Assembly: GCA_963741385.1 (NCBI GenBank)
Contig: CAVUHO010000010.1
Span: 1,639,720-1,703,719 of the forward strand
DNA length: 64,000 nucleotides
From: Candidatus Sulfomarinibacteraceae bacterium
GTDB taxonomy: Bacteria; Acidobacteriota; Thermoanaerobaculia; Thermoanaerobaculales; Sulfomarinibacteraceae
Reading direction: 5' to 3'
The notes under the pieces were generated by a model. It saw nothing but the letters and a program-made list of their open reading frames with translations, was not told where the DNA came from and made no database searches. Made by a program: the position numbers and the translations under genes. Shown piece after piece: positions 41,448-50,432 of this stretch; positions within the stretch are counted from its first letter, which is position 1, and each line of letters starts with the position of its first letter.

Positions 41448-41666
41448 TCAGTACTTGAGCGGTCGTGCCTTGTAATTCATGATCGCGGCCTGGTGGCGGC
41501 CGATCATCTTGTGGGGGGCGATGCGGCCGCAGTGGCCGTACTCGCCTTCGGGCTCGCACAGACCGCGGCACATCGAGACCTGGTGGCCGTTGTAGGGACA
41601 GGTGATGATGGTGTAGGCGCGCAGCGTGGTCTGGGGGCGTTCAGATTTGGGTCGAAGCAGTGACAT
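41448..41666 (-). CDS. Small Cys/His-rich hypothetical protein (72 aa, putative metal-binding)
   Basis: MSLLRPKSERPQTTLRAYTIITCPYNGHQVSMCRGLCEPEGEYGHCGRIAPHKMIGRHQ... has 4 Cys and 5 His in 40 aa. It is the last gene of the CCA/RsmD-direction block. I do not recognise the family. Confidence 0.45.
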   Translation of the reverse strand: MSLLRPKSERPQTTLRAYTIITCPYNGHQVSMCRGLCEPEGEYGHCGRIAPHKMIGRHQAAIMNYKARPLKY

Positions 41667-41748
41667 GGCGTACCTCTGGCAGAATGATATCAAGAACGAT
41701 TCCCGTTGGGTAGGGCCCGGCTCAAGAAATCGTAGGAACGTTCAACGT

Positions 41749-42309
41749 TCAGATTTCGAATGCCGCATCAGGACCACCCTCGAGGCGCCGCCCGCGAGAT
41801 CGCGGAAGATCTCCAGTTCTGGCCCGATCGACCGCCGCGCGTTCGGGGCACTCCAGACAGGCCACCGCGTCGGGCGCCAGGAGACCGGTTGCAAACGCCA
41901 ACGTGAGGGCCGCGAGCCCGTCCTCCCAGCTTGAAAACGGCGGGTCGGCCCACGCGAGATCGAAGACCTCGCCGCGACGCGCCATATCGGCGACAGCCGC
42001 CGCCGCCGGTTGCACGACCACCCGGGCGCGATCGGCATCGAGCTCGAAGGCGGCACAGTTGTCGCGGAGGATCCCGGCCGTCCCGCGGTGTCTCTCGACG
42101 AACACCACGGCGGCGGCGCCGCGCGACAGGGCTTCCAGACCCACGGCGCCGGTGCCGGCAAAGAGGTCGAGGAACCGGGCGTCCGCGACCGACCCGCCGA
42201 GGACCGCAAAGGCGCGTTCGCGCATGGAGTCCGGGGTCGGCCGCACCGGCGTGTTCTTGGCAGGGCCACGCAGACGCCGTGATCGCCAGACGCCGCCCGT
42301 GATTCTCAT
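41749..42309 (-). CDS. rsmD: 16S rRNA (guanine966-N2)-methyltransferase RsmD
   Basis: RITGGVWRSRRL...RPTPDSMRERAF, the SAM motif DLFAGTGAVGLEALSRGA, and ADPPF. Confidence 0.85.
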   Translation of the reverse strand: MRITGGVWRSRRLRGPAKNTPVRPTPDSMRERAFAVLGGSVADARFLDLFAGTGAVGLEALSRGAAAVVFVERHRGTAGILRDNCAAFELDADRARVVVQPAAAAVADMARRGEVFDLAWADPPFSSWEDGLAALTLAFATGLLAPDAVACLECPERAAVDRARTGDLPRSRGRRLEGGPDAAFEI

Positions 42310-42941
42310 TTTCTGGGTTCCACGACGCGCAGGATCACCTGGTCCCGCACGTTGGGGCCGATGATCTCGCGGATATAGGTGCCCTCGTGCTCGATCACCA
42401 GGACCCCCTCATCCAGAACTTCGTCCACCCGCGCATAGCCGCCCGCGATCAGCTCCACCCGGTCGCCGCGCCGGGGATCCCAGCCTCGCAGCTGTTCAGA
42501 AGACGGGCTCTCCGTCCGAACCAGATTTTCGAGATCGTTGATCGCGCCCGTGATGAGCGCCAGCTCGAGCGAGACCGTGGCCAGGGGCGAAAAGCGGATC
42601 ACGCGGGGCGACTTCGGGCCGATGTGAAGAGTCAGGACCACCTCGCTTTTCGGCGTCGAGATCGACGACGTCACCGGTTGCTCCCCCAACTCCTCGGTGG
42701 CCTTCTGCAGGATTGAGACGTAGATCAGGTACTGGTCCTCAGGCAGGGTCTTGCGCTGCAAATACCCCTGGTTGTCTTTTTCGGTGATGGACACGACGAT
42801 AACCCGGTTGCTGAAGAGAGTGACACGTGTGGCGAGGTCGCCTTCGGTGAAGACGCGTTCCACAACCGGGATCGGGGCCTGGGCGGCGGCGGTGGCTGCA
42901 ATCAATGTCAGGAGGCAGCCGGCAATCACCTGGATTTTCAC
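42306..42941 (-). CDS. Secreted hypothetical protein
   Basis: GTG at 42941 overlaps the upstream stop (GTGA). Signal peptide VKIQVIAGCLLTLIAATAAAQA. The 3' end overlaps the rsmD start (ATGA). Confidence 0.5.
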   Translation of the reverse strand: MKIQVIAGCLLTLIAATAAAQAPIPVVERVFTEGDLATRVTLFSNRVIVVSITEKDNQGYLQRKTLPEDQYLIYVSILQKATEELGEQPVTSSISTPKSEVVLTLHIGPKSPRVIRFSPLATVSLELALITGAINDLENLVRTESPSSEQLRGWDPRRGDRVELIAGGYARVDEVLDEGVLVIEHEGTYIREIIGPNVRDQVILRVVEPRK

Positions 42942-45577
42942 GAGCCCCCCCTCTCCTCGAGACTCATGGCGGTTTCGACGGCCCATGAGAGAGCCTCGTC
43001 TGCGGACACCACACCGTCGACCAGCGCGTCCCGCACCATCATCAGGGTACGGCCGATGCGCGGTCCGGGTGGAACCTCGCATTCGAGCAGCTGGCGGCCG
43101 GTGACCGGCATCTCCAACCGCGCCGCGGCCTCCGCCGCGTCAGCGAGCGTCCGTCTCGCCCCGAGGGGAACCTGCGCCATCGCCAGCAGCAGGGGCTCGG
43201 GCGGACACGTCTCGACGACCCGCACTCGGCGAGATCGCGGCAGCGAAGGATCTGTCGCGTGGACAATGGCCTCAACCTGGCCGGGCAGAGCGAGGACGCG
43301 ATCACGAGCCGAGCCACCGAGCTGCAACCGTTGCGCCAATTGTGCGACGACGTCTGTTCCCGCCTGCACGGCGAGACCACCGAGAAACAGGATCCACAGG
43401 TCAGGGGGCGGTCCGAGACCCTCGAGCTCGTACCACGCCAGCTGGCCCTCCACCTCCATGAGGTGGCTGCGGACCCTCTCGTCCCAGCGCAGGTCCCGGC
43501 AGATGGCGGGCAGCAGACCGAGCCGCGCCACGAGGGCCAGGGCCTCGGTGGGGTGAGCCTCGGTCAGGAGCAACTCGAGTTCGCGCCGAAGGCGTTGGCC
43601 CGAGAGCCGTTCGAACACCCCCTCGGCAAGGGCGGTGGTGATCAGGAGGCGGGTATCGGGGGCGATCGCGAAGTCGAGGCGGCGGGCATACCGCACCGCA
43701 CGGAGGGCGCGGGTCGGGTCGTCGATAAAGGACAGGGAGTGGAGGACCCGGATCTCGCGGCGCTGGATGTCCTTGCGGCCGCCAAAGAAATCGACCAGCT
43801 CTCCGTAGCGGTCGCCCTGGAGGGTCACCGCCAGCGAGTTGATGGTGAAGTCGCGGCGGTAGAGATCCTGACGAATCAGGGATGTGGCCACCTCGGGCAA
43901 CGCGGCGGGCGTGCGGTAGAACTCCGTGCGGGCGGAGGCGACATCGACCTTGAGGCCGTGGGGCAGGGTCACCACCGCGGTCAGAAAAGGCGCATGCGGG
44001 TGGTGTCTGCCGTCCAGCTCTTTGGCGAGATCAGTCGCAAAGGCGATGCCGTCCCCCTCGACGACCAGGTCCACGTCCTCGTTCGGCCGTTCCAGGAGCA
44101 TATCCCGCACCATGCCGCCGACCAGGTACACCGGCACCCGTTGCTGATCGGCGACGCGGCGCGTCCCGTCGAGCACCCGCTGCACCCACGGTGGTGCAAA
44201 CTCGCGGAGCAGGCGGTTGATGGATTGGCTCACCGGGCGGGTACCGGCCATCCGGTTGTCGAGCGCCGAACCCGCGGCGTGCTGGTGTTCGAAGAGCCGG
44301 CGGAACAGCTCCATCCGGGTGATGATGCCCGCCGGTTTCCCGCCATCCTCAACGACGACGAAGCGGTAGGAGCGTTCGAGGAAGAGATCGCGGAGCGCGT
44401 CGAGCGGGGTTGCGGCTGCCACTGTGGGTAGATCGGGCTGCATCACCGAGCTCACCGGCCGCTCGTTCATGGCGTGGCTGAGAGCGCGGTCGAGGGTCTG
44501 CCGGGTGACCAGGCCGACCAGGTTGCCGGAGGTGGTCTCGCGCACCGGCAGGGCGTTGACCCGCAGCTGGTTGATGCGGTCCTTGGCGTCGGTGACCGTC
44601 ACCGTGTCGTCGACTGAAAAGATCTTGCGCGCGGCAATGTCGATGGCGGTCGCCGGTGGCGGCATCTCGACGGCGAGCGCTTCCAAGAGCACCTCGCGCA
44701 GCTCCACCGGCATCAGATCGGACACCCTGGCCGAGGCCGCCGTCGGGTGGCCGCCGCCGCCGAACTGCTGGGCGACGCGGCCGACGTGGAGACCGGGCAG
44801 ACGGGACCTCAGGATGAGGTTGATGTTGGGCGGGCGGACCAGGAGCACCGCGCCGACCACGATCTCGAAGATCTCCACCCACCGGTGGACGACGAATGCG
44901 GCCTCCTCGTGGTAGCGGTCGACCTCGATCATCGACAGCGAAACCGGCACCCCGGCGATGTCGATGATTTCGGTGGCCTCGACCATGCGGTTGAGCAGTT
45001 CGAGTTGCTCCGGCTGGAGCACCTTGAGGACCCAGCGCCGGACCCACGCCAGCGACGCCCCCTGCTCGAGCAGCCAGGCGGAAATCCGTAGGTCGTCGGG
45101 GGTCGTCTCCCGATAGGACAGACCGCCGGTGTCCTCGTAGATGCCCATCAGCATCAGACTCGCTTCGTTGACGGTCGGTTCGAGACCGCGTTCGCGGTAG
45201 AGATCGGCGATGATCGTGCAGGTGGCGCCGACCGGTCTGACGATCGACTCGGCGGCGTCGAGCCCGTCGACTTCTTCCTCCAGGTGGTGGTCGATGAGAG
45301 TGACCGGGCAGCCGTTGGCGGCGATCAGGTCGAAGACCTCGCCGAGCCGGGACGGACTGCGGGTGTCCACCACCACGGCATGTTCGATCGGTTCGGTTCG
45401 AGCGCGCCGCAGCTTGGCCTCTGGGTACGCGAACTCCGCCTCGGTGAGAAAGCGGCGCACCGCAACTTCCTGCGACCCGGGGAACACCACCTCGTGGTCC
45501 GGGAACAAACGCACCGCGCACACCGCCGCCGCAAACGCGTCGAAATCCGCCGACAGGTGCGTCGTAATGATCTTCAC
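42938..45577 (-). CDS. DHH/DHHA1 phosphoesterase - CBS pair - CCA-adding enzyme/poly(A) polymerase-family nucleotidyltransferase fusion
   Basis: N-terminal HLSADFDAF and DHH (IDHH), GGGHPTAA (DHHA1), and a CBS region. The nucleotidyltransferase head is VYLVGGMVRDMLL..NEDVDLVVEGD, followed by RRDFTINSLA. GTG start at 45577. Confidence 0.8.
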   Translation of the reverse strand: MKIITTHLSADFDAFAAAVCAVRLFPDHEVVFPGSQEVAVRRFLTEAEFAYPEAKLRRARTEPIEHAVVVDTRSPSRLGEVFDLIAANGCPVTLIDHHLEEEVDGLDAAESIVRPVGATCTIIADLYRERGLEPTVNEASLMLMGIYEDTGGLSYRETTPDDLRISAWLLEQGASLAWVRRWVLKVLQPEQLELLNRMVEATEIIDIAGVPVSLSMIEVDRYHEEAAFVVHRWVEIFEIVVGAVLLVRPPNINLILRSRLPGLHVGRVAQQFGGGGHPTAASARVSDLMPVELREVLLEALAVEMPPPATAIDIAARKIFSVDDTVTVTDAKDRINQLRVNALPVRETTSGNLVGLVTRQTLDRALSHAMNERPVSSVMQPDLPTVAAATPLDALRDLFLERSYRFVVVEDGGKPAGIITRMELFRRLFEHQHAAGSALDNRMAGTRPVSQSINRLLREFAPPWVQRVLDGTRRVADQQRVPVYLVGGMVRDMLLERPNEDVDLVVEGDGIAFATDLAKELDGRHHPHAPFLTAVVTLPHGLKVDVASARTEFYRTPAALPEVATSLIRQDLYRRDFTINSLAVTLQGDRYGELVDFFGGRKDIQRREIRVLHSLSFIDDPTRALRAVRYARRLDFAIAPDTRLLITTALAEGVFERLSGQRLRRELELLLTEAHPTEALALVARLGLLPAICRDLRWDERVRSHLMEVEGQLAWYELEGLGPPPDLWILFLGGLAVQAGTDVVAQLAQRLQLGGSARDRVLALPGQVEAIVHATDPSLPRSRRVRVVETCPPEPLLLAMAQVPLGARRTLADAAEAAARLEMPVTGRQLLECEVPPGPRIGRTLMMVRDALVDGVVSADEALSWAVETAMSLEERGGS

Positions 45578-45800
45578 GCGCCCATTGTATTGAATTCACG
45601 ACGCTTTCGGGGTGGTCGACTGAACCCGCCCTTCCGAAATCGCTTCCCGGGAGGAGCCACCCATGAGGTGGCGGGCATCATCGCCTGCGGCGGCCGCTGC
45701 CTGCCCGATGTTCTCGAGGGGAACGACGTTCCCGTCTTTTCGATCGCCGGCGACAGTCGAGACCAAGGGACAGGTGATCGCTGCGGCCCGGCCCAGCGCC

Positions 45801-46985
45801 TCACGCCGATTCGCCGCGCAGGATCTCCAGCGCTTTGTCGCGGTTTGCGAAGGACCCGGCTTTGCCCTGAAAGATGGGGCTGCGGCCGCCGCCGCGGCCA
45901 CCCAGGGATTCCGCCACCCGCGGGCCGGTCTCGCCCAGCTCGATCGGAGAATTCTCTCCGGCAGCGACGACGAACAGGAGATCGCCGTCACAGGCCGCTG
46001 TCAACAGGCTGCATTTCTCCGGCGCCGCCTCGACGAGATGTCGCGCAATCCGCTGCAGGAAGGCCATGTCGCGCTCGTCCCAGTGGGCATCGACGACCGT
46101 TTCGGGGCGGGCGGCGAGGGCTGCGGCCGTCCTGTCGGCCAGTTCCTCCGCGAGACCGCGCGCCGTCCGCGCGAGGTCCTTTTCTCTGGCCAGCCGGACT
46201 TCGACGATACCGGCGAGCTCGTCGTCGCCGGTGCCGAGCAGCGATCTGAGCTCGTGGTTGCGGGTCTCGTGTCCAGCCATCCGGCGCCGCACCCGGTCGC
46301 CGGCGACGAAGAACAGCCGGGTGCCGCCGCGCATGGGCTCGGTGCTCAGCAGACACAGAGTGCCGATTTCGGTCGTGGAGCGGACGTGCGTGCCGCCGCA
46401 GGTATTGAGGTCGAGGCCCTCGATCTCCACCAGCCGGACAGTCCCCGCGAAGCCCTCGGGCAGCCGCCGCGATCGCACGCCCAGGCGCTCGAAATCAGCC
46501 ACCTCGGCGGTTTGGTAGTTGACGGTCCTTGCCGTCCGGATCTCGGTCGCACACGCCTCCTCGAGCCGGTCGAGGTCGGTGCGTTCGAGGAACGGCACGT
46601 CGATCTCGATGTCGCTTACGTCGGGTCCGAGATGGAAGGCCGTGGTTCGCCAGCCGAAGTCCCGCAGGGCGACCGCGGTGAGCAGGTGTTGCGCGGTGTG
46701 CTGCTGCATGTGGTCCCACCGCCGCCCCCAGTCGAGCTCGAGGCGCACGGGACCGGTCGCCACCGGTTCTTGAAGATAGTGGCGGATTTCGTCCCCTGAC
46801 TTCTGGACGTCCACCACGGGGATGCCAGCGATGGTGCCGCAGTCGGCGGGCTGACCGCCGCCTTCGGGATAGAAGAGGGTGTCGGCCAGCACGGCATATG
46901 GCCGTCCGCCGTCCTCACCCAGCTCGAGCACCTCCGAGTCGAGCTCGGTGACATAGGGGTCGCGATGAAATGCCGGTGTCACCAT
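45801..46985 (-). CDS. alaX: AlaX-type alanyl-tRNA editing protein (large form with DHHA1-like tail)
   Basis: FYPEGGGQPADCG, HTAQHLL (HxxxH), CGGTHV, and a C-terminal GGRGGGRSPIFQGKAG. ATG at 46985. Confidence 0.75.
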   Translation of the reverse strand: MVTPAFHRDPYVTELDSEVLELGEDGGRPYAVLADTLFYPEGGGQPADCGTIAGIPVVDVQKSGDEIRHYLQEPVATGPVRLELDWGRRWDHMQQHTAQHLLTAVALRDFGWRTTAFHLGPDVSDIEIDVPFLERTDLDRLEEACATEIRTARTVNYQTAEVADFERLGVRSRRLPEGFAGTVRLVEIEGLDLNTCGGTHVRSTTEIGTLCLLSTEPMRGGTRLFFVAGDRVRRRMAGHETRNHELRSLLGTGDDELAGIVEVRLAREKDLARTARGLAEELADRTAAALAARPETVVDAHWDERDMAFLQRIARHLVEAAPEKCSLLTAACDGDLLFVVAAGENSPIELGETGPRVAESLGGRGGGRSPIFQGKAGSFANRDKALEILRGESA

Positions 46986-47001
46986 GGGAGTGTCGCAAAT
47001 C

Positions 47002-48522
47002 TCAATTCGACTCGATGATAGTGCGATCCGCAGACAGTGCGCCGCTGTGCAACACCAGGGTGGCGCCAGGGACCGTCGACGGTTCGTTGCATTCGGTGGT
47101 GTCGAGACGTACGGCGCTGACATAGGTATCTCGAAGCAGGTCGTTCCGCTCGAGCCACGTCACCCAGCGCGAGGCGGAGACGTTCACCCGCCCGCCGGTT
47201 GCGCGTTCCCACCTCGCGGCGGTCCCCGAGGGCGAACACAGCACGGAATCGCCGCTCCTGATCGTGAAGCTGAACATCTGATCCGACGGGGTGGTCGCGG
47301 ACCATCGCACGACGGTGGCGACGACCGAGTTCGGCGACTCTGCCGCAGCGGCCACGACCGCGGCCCGGCTCGAGTTCGAACGGGCTTCCGCCACGGTTTT
47401 CCGATCGTCCTTGGCGGCTTCACGGAGGCGTGCCTCCCACCGCCCACGGTCGAGGTTGATCTCGAGATCGGGGAGCAGAGCGCCTCCTTCGCCCACCAGA
47501 TAGTTGCTGGGGATGACGAGCCAGAGGTTCCTGGATGAGCTCTCTCTGGAGACCACGACACCCGCAGCCCGCCCACAGTCGTCGAGCAGCGGACCGCCTC
47601 TCGCAACGGTGGCGGTGGAAGCGTCGATCTGGAGGTACGACGTCCCGAGGAGACCGCGGTTTGAATCACTGACCGTGGCGCGCGAAATGATGCTGCCGGC
47701 TCCGCCCGGACTGCCGACCAGCACTACAGACTCGTCTCGTTCGAGGCTGGTCGAGTCGACCAACTGCAACGGCCGGCCCCGCGACCCTGTCGTCCGGACA
47801 AGCGCGAGGTTGAGCCAGCTGTCGACGCGAACGACCCTTCCCAGATCCGTGCTGCCGTCGAAGAAACTGACATTGACACTCGGCACGGCCGGACACACGA
47901 CGTCGGCGGTTGTCACCACAATCCCATCGCTGACGAAGAAACCCGACCCCGACCTGTTTTCGCAGCTCAAGCCGACGACGGCGCCCCGAGCGAGATCCTC
48001 GAGCGCCTCGCTGCTGAGAGGCCCGGTCTGAAGATTGTGAGCGGCTCGGGTACCACCGCGCCCCAACCCGAACACGGCGGCGATCAACGCGATGCCGAGG
48101 ATGATCGCAGCCACAGTTCCGGGCCGATCGGCGACCAGACGGAACATTGACCGTCCAAACCGCGGTTTGGCGGCGGGCGCCGCCTCCACGGTCTCAGCCG
48201 GCCGGGCGAGTTGGTGTGAGATCTGTGTGGCGAGACCGAGCGCCGCGAGCTTTTTCTGACAGGCGACGGCGATCGATTTTGGAACCGCTGTCACGACGAT
48301 GCCGGGCGCCGTCTGCAGACGGGATTTCAGGGTCAGAAAGTCGTGCGGTTGCCCGTCGACCTCGATCAGGGTTCGTGCGGCGTGGTAGGCGGAGCGGTCG
48401 TCGGGCGACTCGAACATCGTCAGGAGATCGAACAGCGTCCGACGGTGGCAGTGGGGGCAGCTGCCGGCGCCGGCAGCTATCGCCCGCCCACAGTGAGGGC
48501 AGAGTTGGTTCTCAGCATTCAC
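47002..48522 (-). CDS. Zinc-ribbon, single-TM, trypsin-like (S1C) domain protein with all three catalytic residues substituted
   Basis: N-terminal CPHCG...CPHC, then TM VAAIILGIALIAAVFGL. The S1C-like core has GSGFFVSDGIVVTTADVV (His->Asp), DSWLNLALV (Asp->Asn) and TVARGGPLLD (Ser->Arg). Confidence 0.65.
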   Translation of the reverse strand: MNAENQLCPHCGRAIAAGAGSCPHCHRRTLFDLLTMFESPDDRSAYHAARTLIEVDGQPHDFLTLKSRLQTAPGIVVTAVPKSIAVACQKKLAALGLATQISHQLARPAETVEAAPAAKPRFGRSMFRLVADRPGTVAAIILGIALIAAVFGLGRGGTRAAHNLQTGPLSSEALEDLARGAVVGLSCENRSGSGFFVSDGIVVTTADVVCPAVPSVNVSFFDGSTDLGRVVRVDSWLNLALVRTTGSRGRPLQLVDSTSLERDESVVLVGSPGGAGSIISRATVSDSNRGLLGTSYLQIDASTATVARGGPLLDDCGRAAGVVVSRESSSRNLWLVIPSNYLVGEGGALLPDLEINLDRGRWEARLREAAKDDRKTVAEARSNSSRAAVVAAAAESPNSVVATVVRWSATTPSDQMFSFTIRSGDSVLCSPSGTAARWERATGGRVNVSASRWVTWLERNDLLRDTYVSAVRLDTTECNEPSTVPGATLVLHSGALSADRTIIESN

Positions 48523-48613
48523 ACACCGATGATATCAAGCGGACGTTGGGAAATCGTCGCAACTACCGGGCTGGGCTTCGCCGCGGCCGCCCGGCGCTCG
48601 TGCCGCCTGTTCG

Positions 48614-50395
48614 TCAATCGGGAGTTGAAAAATCAGCCGCCACCCTCGGGCCGGCCGCGAATCCATCGCGACGCGGATCGCCGACCCCGGTGAAGGCGCC
48701 CATATGCGGAAAATAGGCGGCGACGTTTACGCCGCCGAAAAATGCCGAATCCGCCACAGGGTCAGGTGGGTAACGGAGAACATACATGGTGTCGAACCCC
48801 ATTCGACGCAACGACTTGACATCGGCCTTGACGATGGGCCGGGCGACTTCGACGCACACCCGGCCCGGGTCGTGAGCGCTATTCCAGATCGCTCTGGGTG
48901 CCACCACCGCGTCGCGGACATTCATGTGCCGATCAACCAGGTTGGTGATGACCTCGCAGACGGACGGGGGGATCCGGTCGCTGCCGGCGCTGCCGAGCGC
49001 AATCACCGACTCCCGGGTGCGGACGATGGTGGGTGCCATGTTGGTCGGGAAGGTGCCGCCGGGTTGGAGGTAGAGGGGGTTCTGAGGGTTTTCGAAGTCG
49101 AGAAACTCGAGACAGCTGTTGTAGGGGAAACCGAGACCGGCGGTGGCGATCTTGGAACCGAATTGCCGGCACAGGGTCTGAGTGAGCGAGACCACGTTGC
49201 CGTCGCGGTCGATCACCGACACCTGAGTGGTGTGGTCACCGAGGGCCGACGCAGTGCCGCGAGGGCCCAGTTCGCTTTCGGGAATGGCTCGTCCCGGCGT
49301 GATGAGGGCGGCGCGTTCCCGGGCGTGGGCGGGATCGAGGTTGGACGAGCCGAACGGCGGATTCCCGCCCGCAGAGACTCCGCCCTGATCCGCCTGTGCG
49401 AGCCGGGTCGCCTCGATCATGATGTGCAGGCGCTCCGCGGAGTGTTCAGCGATGGTGGTGCTGGGATAGGTCCCGAGAATGTTGAGAGTCTCTACAACCT
49501 CGCCGCCGCCCCCCGGTGGCGGGAAGACCAGGATCTCGGCATCGCGATACCGGGACCGGAGCGGCCTGGCCTCGCGAACGCGGTACCGGGCGAGATCGAT
49601 GCTCCGGAGATACCCGCCGTTGGCCTGCATATCGGCGTTGATTTCGGCGGCGATGGCCCCGCGATAAAAGGTCTCGGCGCCGTCGCTCGCGATCCGCAGC
49701 AGGGTCGTGTGGAGGTCGGGGTTGCAGATGGTGTCGCCCGGCCGGCCCAGGTTCTGTCCGTCCTCGAGGACGATAAACCGCATGGACTCGGATGCCAGGA
49801 TCTCCTTCATGTAACCGCTGGCCCACGCGATGCTGTTGGGGCTGAGCCGGTAGCCGCGTGCGGCGTACTCGATGGCAGGTTCCAGGACCTGGCTGAGCTC
49901 CATCGTGCCGTAGTTCTCGAGGGAGTGGACGAGGGTGGCGAGCGTTGTCGGCACCGAGACCACCGTGTAGCCGAAACGGCCCTCGCTCGCCTTGATGGCC
50001 ATCAGCTCTTTGTGGTCAACCACGTAGGGCGCCGGCGTCGAACCGTCGACCGCGACGTCTCGTCCATCGGCGGTTGATATCAACACGTAGGTCAGACCGC
50101 CCAGACCAGAGCCGCCCGGATCGGAAACGCCGAGGGTCAAGGCCGCCGCCACTGCTGCGTCGACGGCGTTGCCCCCGTGCTCGAGCGCCCACACCCCGGC
50201 CTGCGTCGCCTCCATCGAGCCGGTGGACACCATGCCGAAATCGGAGCTCGCCTCGACCGCGTACAAAGGCCGGGCGCCGCCGTGGGCTGGTCGCGCCCTG
50301 TCGGCCACCGAACACCCCGCCAGGGAAATCAGGATGGCCGCTGCGGCGATGGATCCTCGAAGAAGCGGTTCGCGGCTTCGGGAGAATTGGGTCAT
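48614..50395 (-). CDS. ggt: Gamma-glutamyltransferase paralog 1 (lipoprotein signal)
   Basis: Lipobox ISLAGC, GGNAVDAAVAAAL, autoprocessing/nucleophile context LGDH-TTQVSVIDRDGNVVSLTQTL, and a C-terminal FFGGVNV. ATG at 50395. Confidence 0.85.
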   Translation of the reverse strand: MTQFSRSREPLLRGSIAAAAILISLAGCSVADRARPAHGGARPLYAVEASSDFGMVSTGSMEATQAGVWALEHGGNAVDAAVAAALTLGVSDPGGSGLGGLTYVLISTADGRDVAVDGSTPAPYVVDHKELMAIKASEGRFGYTVVSVPTTLATLVHSLENYGTMELSQVLEPAIEYAARGYRLSPNSIAWASGYMKEILASESMRFIVLEDGQNLGRPGDTICNPDLHTTLLRIASDGAETFYRGAIAAEINADMQANGGYLRSIDLARYRVREARPLRSRYRDAEILVFPPPGGGGEVVETLNILGTYPSTTIAEHSAERLHIMIEATRLAQADQGGVSAGGNPPFGSSNLDPAHARERAALITPGRAIPESELGPRGTASALGDHTTQVSVIDRDGNVVSLTQTLCRQFGSKIATAGLGFPYNSCLEFLDFENPQNPLYLQPGGTFPTNMAPTIVRTRESVIALGSAGSDRIPPSVCEVITNLVDRHMNVRDAVVAPRAIWNSAHDPGRVCVEVARPIVKADVKSLRRMGFDTMYVLRYPPDPVADSAFFGGVNVAAYFPHMGAFTGVGDPRRDGFAAGPRVAADFSTPD

Positions 50396-50432
50396 GACAC
50401 CGTGAAGTGTAACCCGTCGCTGCGGCGGCACC

